From assembly GCA_049240905.1 (NCBI GenBank), contig JBMLRS010000338.1, positions 1 to 30,250 of the forward strand: DNA of 30,250 nt. The letters are read 5' to 3'. A program made the position numbers and the translations under genes. Shown in pieces: positions 26,779-30,250 of this stretch (position 1 is the stretch's first letter; each line of letters begins with the position of its first letter). This stretch comes from Elsteraceae bacterium (lineage in GTDB: Bacteria; Pseudomonadota; Alphaproteobacteria; Elsterales; Elsteraceae). Under the pieces are notes generated by a model. It was not told the DNA's origin and did no database searches. It worked only from the letters and a program-made list of their open reading frames with translations.

Positions 26779-27445
26779 AATCGTCCTCGACACTGAAACC
26801 ACCGGTCTCTATCCGAACCGAGGCGACCGCATCGTCGACGTCGCCTGCATCGAGCTGATCAATAAGACCCCGAAACGGCAGTTTCAGCGCTTCGTCAATC
26901 CCGAGCGCGACGTGCCGATCGAGGCGTTCCAGGTGCATAATCTGTCGACCGAATTCCTGCAGAGCTATCCGGTGTTCGACGCGATCGCCGATGAGTTCCT
27001 GGCGTTCATCGAGGATTCCCCGCTGATCATCCATAACGCTGATTTCGACATGGGGTTTCTTAACGCCGAGCTGACGCGCAGCGGAAAGCCGACTCTGGGC
27101 TCGGACCGCGCGCTTTGCACGATGCAGATGGCGCGGCGGCGCTTCCCTGGACAGCAAGCCAACCTCGACGCGCTGTGCCGGCGGTTTGGAATCGACAACA
27201 GCCACCGCGTGAAACATGGCGCGCTGGTTGACTGCGAACTGCTGGCGGAAGTCTACCTGGAGCTGTCCGGCGGTCGGCAGACGGGTCTGGCGCTGGCGAG
27301 CGCGGCGGTCGACGCCGGAGTTTCGATCACCCGCGTCGCCCGCCCGGCGCGAGCGCACGCGGCTTCCGAAGAAGAGCTGGCCGCGCACGCCGCCTTGCTG
27401 ACGAAGCTGAAGAACCCGCTCTGGTCGGCGGGTAAAGACGCTTAG
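26771..27445 (+). CDS. dnaQ: DNA polymerase III subunit epsilon
   Basis: DTETTG (ExoI), HNADFDMGFLN (ExoII), HGALVDCELLAEVY (ExoIII); ATG 26771. Confidence 0.96.
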   Translation: MREIVLDTETTGLYPNRGDRIVDVACIELINKTPKRQFQRFVNPERDVPIEAFQVHNLSTEFLQSYPVFDAIADEFLAFIEDSPLIIHNADFDMGFLNAELTRSGKPTLGSDRALCTMQMARRRFPGQQANLDALCRRFGIDNSHRVKHGALVDCELLAEVYLELSGGRQTGLALASAAVDAGVSITRVARPARAHAASEEELAAHAALLTKLKNPLWSAGKDA

Positions 27446-27480
27446 AACGAGATCGGCTCATCTCGAAGCCGATCTCGTTC
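27445..27480. terminator. Hairpin between convergent dnaQ and secB
   Basis: 14-bp perfect stem GAACGAGATCGGCT / AGCCGATCTCGTTC with an 8-nt loop; no clear U-tract. Confidence 0.55.
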
Positions 27481-27512
27481 AGAACTTCATGTGAGACTGA
27501 GTTGAAAGCGCG

Positions 27513-28004
27513 CTAGGCCTGCGCCGCGCTTTCATTGTTGGCCGCCTCGCGGCGATACAGCTCCACGAAATCGATGGGCTGAATCAGGAGGGGCGGGAAA
27601 CCGCCGTCGCGGGTCGCGTCGGCCACCATCGCGCGGGCGAACGGGAACAGCAGGCGCGGGCATTCGATCAGCAACACAGGCTGCACATGTTCGGGCGGAA
27701 CGCCGTTCAGCGTGAAGATGCCGGCGTAGACCACTTCGCAGATGAAGGCGGTGGTTTGCTCATGCTTGGCCGTCGCCGTCAGCGACAGCGTGACTTCGAA
27801 GGTGTCGGGCTGAAGTCCGCGCGCGCCGACGTTCACGTTGACCGCGACTTCCGGCGGGCCATTCGACGCCATCAGACTCTGCGGCGCGTTCGGGTTCTCG
27901 AACGAGAAGTCCCGGACATATTGGACGTTCACGACGATCGGCGGGCCGGCGTTTTCCGGGGCTGCGTTCTGGGGCGCGTCACCGGCGCCGTTGGTCTCGC
28001 TCAT
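27513..28004 (-). CDS. secB: Protein-export chaperone SecB
   Basis: QYVRDFSFENPNAP, YAGIF, ECPRLLFPFAR, GGFPPLLIQPIDF. Confidence 0.96.
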   Translation of the reverse strand: MSETNGAGDAPQNAAPENAGPPIVVNVQYVRDFSFENPNAPQSLMASNGPPEVAVNVNVGARGLQPDTFEVTLSLTATAKHEQTTAFICEVVYAGIFTLNGVPPEHVQPVLLIECPRLLFPFARAMVADATRDGGFPPLLIQPIDFVELYRREAANNESAAQA

Positions 28005-28043
28005 CAGATGATCCGTTTTCGGTAAGTTAAGCGGCGGCGGGTA

Positions 28044-28625
28044 TCATGTTTCCGGGATATGGACAACCTCGCCCGGGGCCAATCGATCGATCCCGACCGG
28101 TTCCGGCAGGCGTCCGACCTTCACCGCCGTGCAATTGCTGACCGCGATGCCGGTCAGCCCGCGGATGAAGCCCCAGTGGGTCACCACCAGCACCTGGTCT
28201 CGGTCGTCCCAGTCATGGCTCAATTCGTAGAATCTGGCGCATCGGGCGGCCAGCGCGGCTTCGCTCTCCTCGAAGGTCGGCCACCACTGATCGGTCAGAT
28301 GATCAAAGCGCAGATGCGGCCAGCGTTGGGCCAGGCGGCTCGGCGGGCTGCCGATGTCGCATGTGAAGGCCGCTCGCTCCCCGACGATTGGGTCGATGTC
28401 GATCGGCAGTCCCAGATGGCTCGCGATGATCTCAGCCGTCTCCAAGGCGCGATGATAAGGGCTGGACAGGATGCGCCGCGGGGCGTGGCCGACCAGCGCC
28501 TCGGCCGTCGAGCGCGCCTGCGCGGCGCCCAGCGGCGTGAGCTTCGGGTCTTCGATGCCCGGATCGATTTTGGTCTGACTGTAATGCAGATTGAATTCGG
28601 ATTGTCCGTGTCGAACCAGAATCAT
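28044..28625 (-). CDS. Histidine phosphatase (phosphoglycerate mutase) family protein
   Basis: LVRHGQSEFN, SSPYHRALETA, LVVTHWGFI. Confidence 0.9.
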   Translation of the reverse strand: MILVRHGQSEFNLHYSQTKIDPGIEDPKLTPLGAAQARSTAEALVGHAPRRILSSPYHRALETAEIIASHLGLPIDIDPIVGERAAFTCDIGSPPSRLAQRWPHLRFDHLTDQWWPTFEESEAALAARCARFYELSHDWDDRDQVLVVTHWGFIRGLTGIAVSNCTAVKVGRLPEPVGIDRLAPGEVVHIPET

Positions 28626-28716
28626 GGCGCCTCGCGGTTAGACCGTTTTCCTGCCCGACCCTATCATTGGAAGCGGAAAACAGTTTATTTTTCATAAAGT
28701 TAAGAACGACATGGGA

Positions 28717-29208
28717 TCAAGTTTGATCCCGTGTCGGTCGGGGGTGGGGAGTGTCGATCGGCCCGTCCTTCTCGACGATGACATAGTCCGCTTCGACGAT
28801 CTTGACGACGCCCGGCATGCCCGCGCCCGGCGGCGGGTTTTGCGACATGCTCGGCGGCGGTTGATCCTTGCGCGCGGGACGACGCAGGCGGACCCAACCA
28901 GCGTGGAGCAGAAGCCCGATGGCGATGACGTCGGTGACGAAGCCGGGAAGGATCAAAAGCACGCCAGCGCCCAAGGTGACGGCGCCGTCGCGCAGAGCGT
29001 CCAACGGCGGCGCGCCGCGACGCACCGCGTCCTGGAACTCGCGCAAGGCGGCGGCGCCCAGGAACTTGATCACCGCCATGCCCAGCGCGACTCCGCCCAA
29101 CAAGATCAACATGGTGTTGACCACGCCGATCTCCTCCCCCACCAGAAGCAGGACGACGATCTCGAGCGCAGGCAGAATGAACACGAGATATTTGATCAGT
29201 TTCGCCAT
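28717..29208 (-). CDS. fxsA: FxsA-family membrane protein
   Basis: LEIVVL..VG..IG, AGVLLILPGFVTD; conserved position divergent from tim44. Confidence 0.88.
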   Translation of the reverse strand: MAKLIKYLVFILPALEIVVLLLVGEEIGVVNTMLILLGGVALGMAVIKFLGAAALREFQDAVRRGAPPLDALRDGAVTLGAGVLLILPGFVTDVIAIGLLLHAGWVRLRRPARKDQPPPSMSQNPPPGAGMPGVVKIVEADYVIVEKDGPIDTPHPRPTRDQT

Positions 29209-29310
29209 TGTCGTCGCCTCAACGGCCTCCATTTCGCGGCCGCGCTTGTTCCACGAGCCGATGCAGCCTATCTAGAGCTAGCATAGAGCGTTCAACCGGG
29301 CGGGACCATT

Positions 29311-30000
29311 ATGGGCGACGGCTTTCCAATTATCGACGTGCTGTTGTTTGGGCTCGTCGCGGCCTTCCTGTTTTACAGGCTTCGCAGCGTGTTGGGACAG
29401 CGAACAGGGCATGAGCGGCAGCGGCCCAATCCCTTCGCCGCGCCTGAATCTCCGGCGGAGACCGGCGCGCCGCGCGACAATGTGATCACCCTGCCAGAGC
29501 GGCAGGATGCGACAAAGGCCCCAGGCGTCGCGGCTCCCGGAGTCGGCGTATTGCCGCTGGGACTGGCCGCGATCAAGCGGGTCGATCCGGCCTTCAACGA
29601 AGAAGAGTTTCTGGGCGGCGCCCGCGCCGCCTTCGAAATGATCGTCGACGCCTTCTCCCATGGCGACGCGCCGGCCCTGCGCCCGCTTCTCGCGCCGGAC
29701 GTGATGCGTCAGTTCGAAGGCGTGATCGAGCAGCGTCGCGCGCGCGGCGAGACCATGGAGACCACGCTGCACAGCGTGAAGGCCATCGCCATCGCCGAGG
29801 CGCGGCTGGATGGGACGAACGCGATCGTCACCGTCAAATATGTGACGGAGCAGACCAACGTCGTGCGGGACCGGGACGGCGCCATTATCGACGGAGATCC
29901 GAAAGTGATCGAAACCGCCACGGATCTGTGGAGCTTCGCGCGCGACGTGCGGGCGACCGATCCGAACTGGTTGCTGGTCGCGACCCGCACCGACGGCTGA
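29311..30000 (+). CDS. Tim44/TimA family putative adaptor protein
   Basis: N-terminal anchor, LRSVLGQRTGHE, FLGGARAAFEMIV.AF, DLWSFARD...DPNWLLVAT. Confidence 0.92.
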   Translation: MGDGFPIIDVLLFGLVAAFLFYRLRSVLGQRTGHERQRPNPFAAPESPAETGAPRDNVITLPERQDATKAPGVAAPGVGVLPLGLAAIKRVDPAFNEEEFLGGARAAFEMIVDAFSHGDAPALRPLLAPDVMRQFEGVIEQRRARGETMETTLHSVKAIAIAEARLDGTNAIVTVKYVTEQTNVVRDRDGAIIDGDPKVIETATDLWSFARDVRATDPNWLLVATRTDG

Positions 30001-30250
30001 TGCGGGCCTTCCTCGCCGCCGCCGCCCTTCTGGGGCTGGCGGCCTGCGCGCAGGGGCCCGCGACGCCGTCTGCCCCCGGCGCTCCCCCCAGCGCCCCCGT
30101 CGCAACCTACCGCCCCGTCAGTTTTCAGGCCCTCAACGGCTGGGGCGCGGATGATCCCTCTCAGGCTTTGCCCGCGCTGAAGCGCAGCTGCGAGCGGCTG
30201 ATGCGCCAGGGCGACGACGCCCCCGTCGGTCCCAATGGCCTGGCTGGCCG
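30000..30250 (+). CDS. mltA: Membrane-bound lytic murein transglycosylase A, 5' partial (not in the ORF track)
   Basis: ATG overlaps the tim44 TGA and translates MRAFLAAAALLGLAAC (lipobox)...VSFQALNGWGADD..ALPALKRSC; conserved tim44-mltA order; runs off the window end. Confidence 0.82.
   Translation, partial: MRAFLAAAALLGLAACAQGPATPSAPGAPPSAPVATYRPVSFQALNGWGADDPSQALPALKRSCERLMRQGDDAPVGPNGLAG

Noticed and set aside
28714-28729. Palindrome GGATCAA-gt-TTGATCC as an FNR/FixK box
   Set aside because: Half-sites are in the wrong order and spacing for TTGAT-N4-ATCAA, and it overlaps the fxsA stop codon.

Overview
GC-rich alphaproteobacterial (Rhodospirillales-like, by gene content and order) chromosomal window spanning the probable replication origin and centromere region. 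Left to right: a small secreted protein; a TPR + SAM-methyltransferase; two tandem, nearly identical porins; DUF3576-leuS-lptE-holA; the leftward parB-parA-rsmG-mnmG-mnmE operon headed by a [2Fe-2S] ferredoxin; dienelactone hydrolase and quinone oxidoreductase; leftward rho-hemJ-hemH-hemE; putative oriC (about 23440-23810); an orphan periplasmic binding protein; PSRP-maf-coaE-dnaQ (aroE absent); secB, histidine phosphatase and fxsA; tim44 and the start of mltA. The gene content is mostly housekeeping, and I do not see a clearly new multi-gene system. The interesting signals are at DNA level. (i) The porin pair has saturated synonymous divergence at the 5' end but a 480-bp identical core (gene conversion or assembly collapse) and shares upstream motifs. 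(ii) parS sites sit in the holA 3' end and the mnmE-mnmG spacer instead of in rsmG, with three helically phased GANTC sites abutting one parS and GANTC overlapping both degenerate parS sites. (iii) mnmE apparently starts at a CTG coupled to the ferredoxin stop codon. (iv) A palindromic REP-like repeat family occurs at three loci. All alignments and counts were done by eye, without tools.
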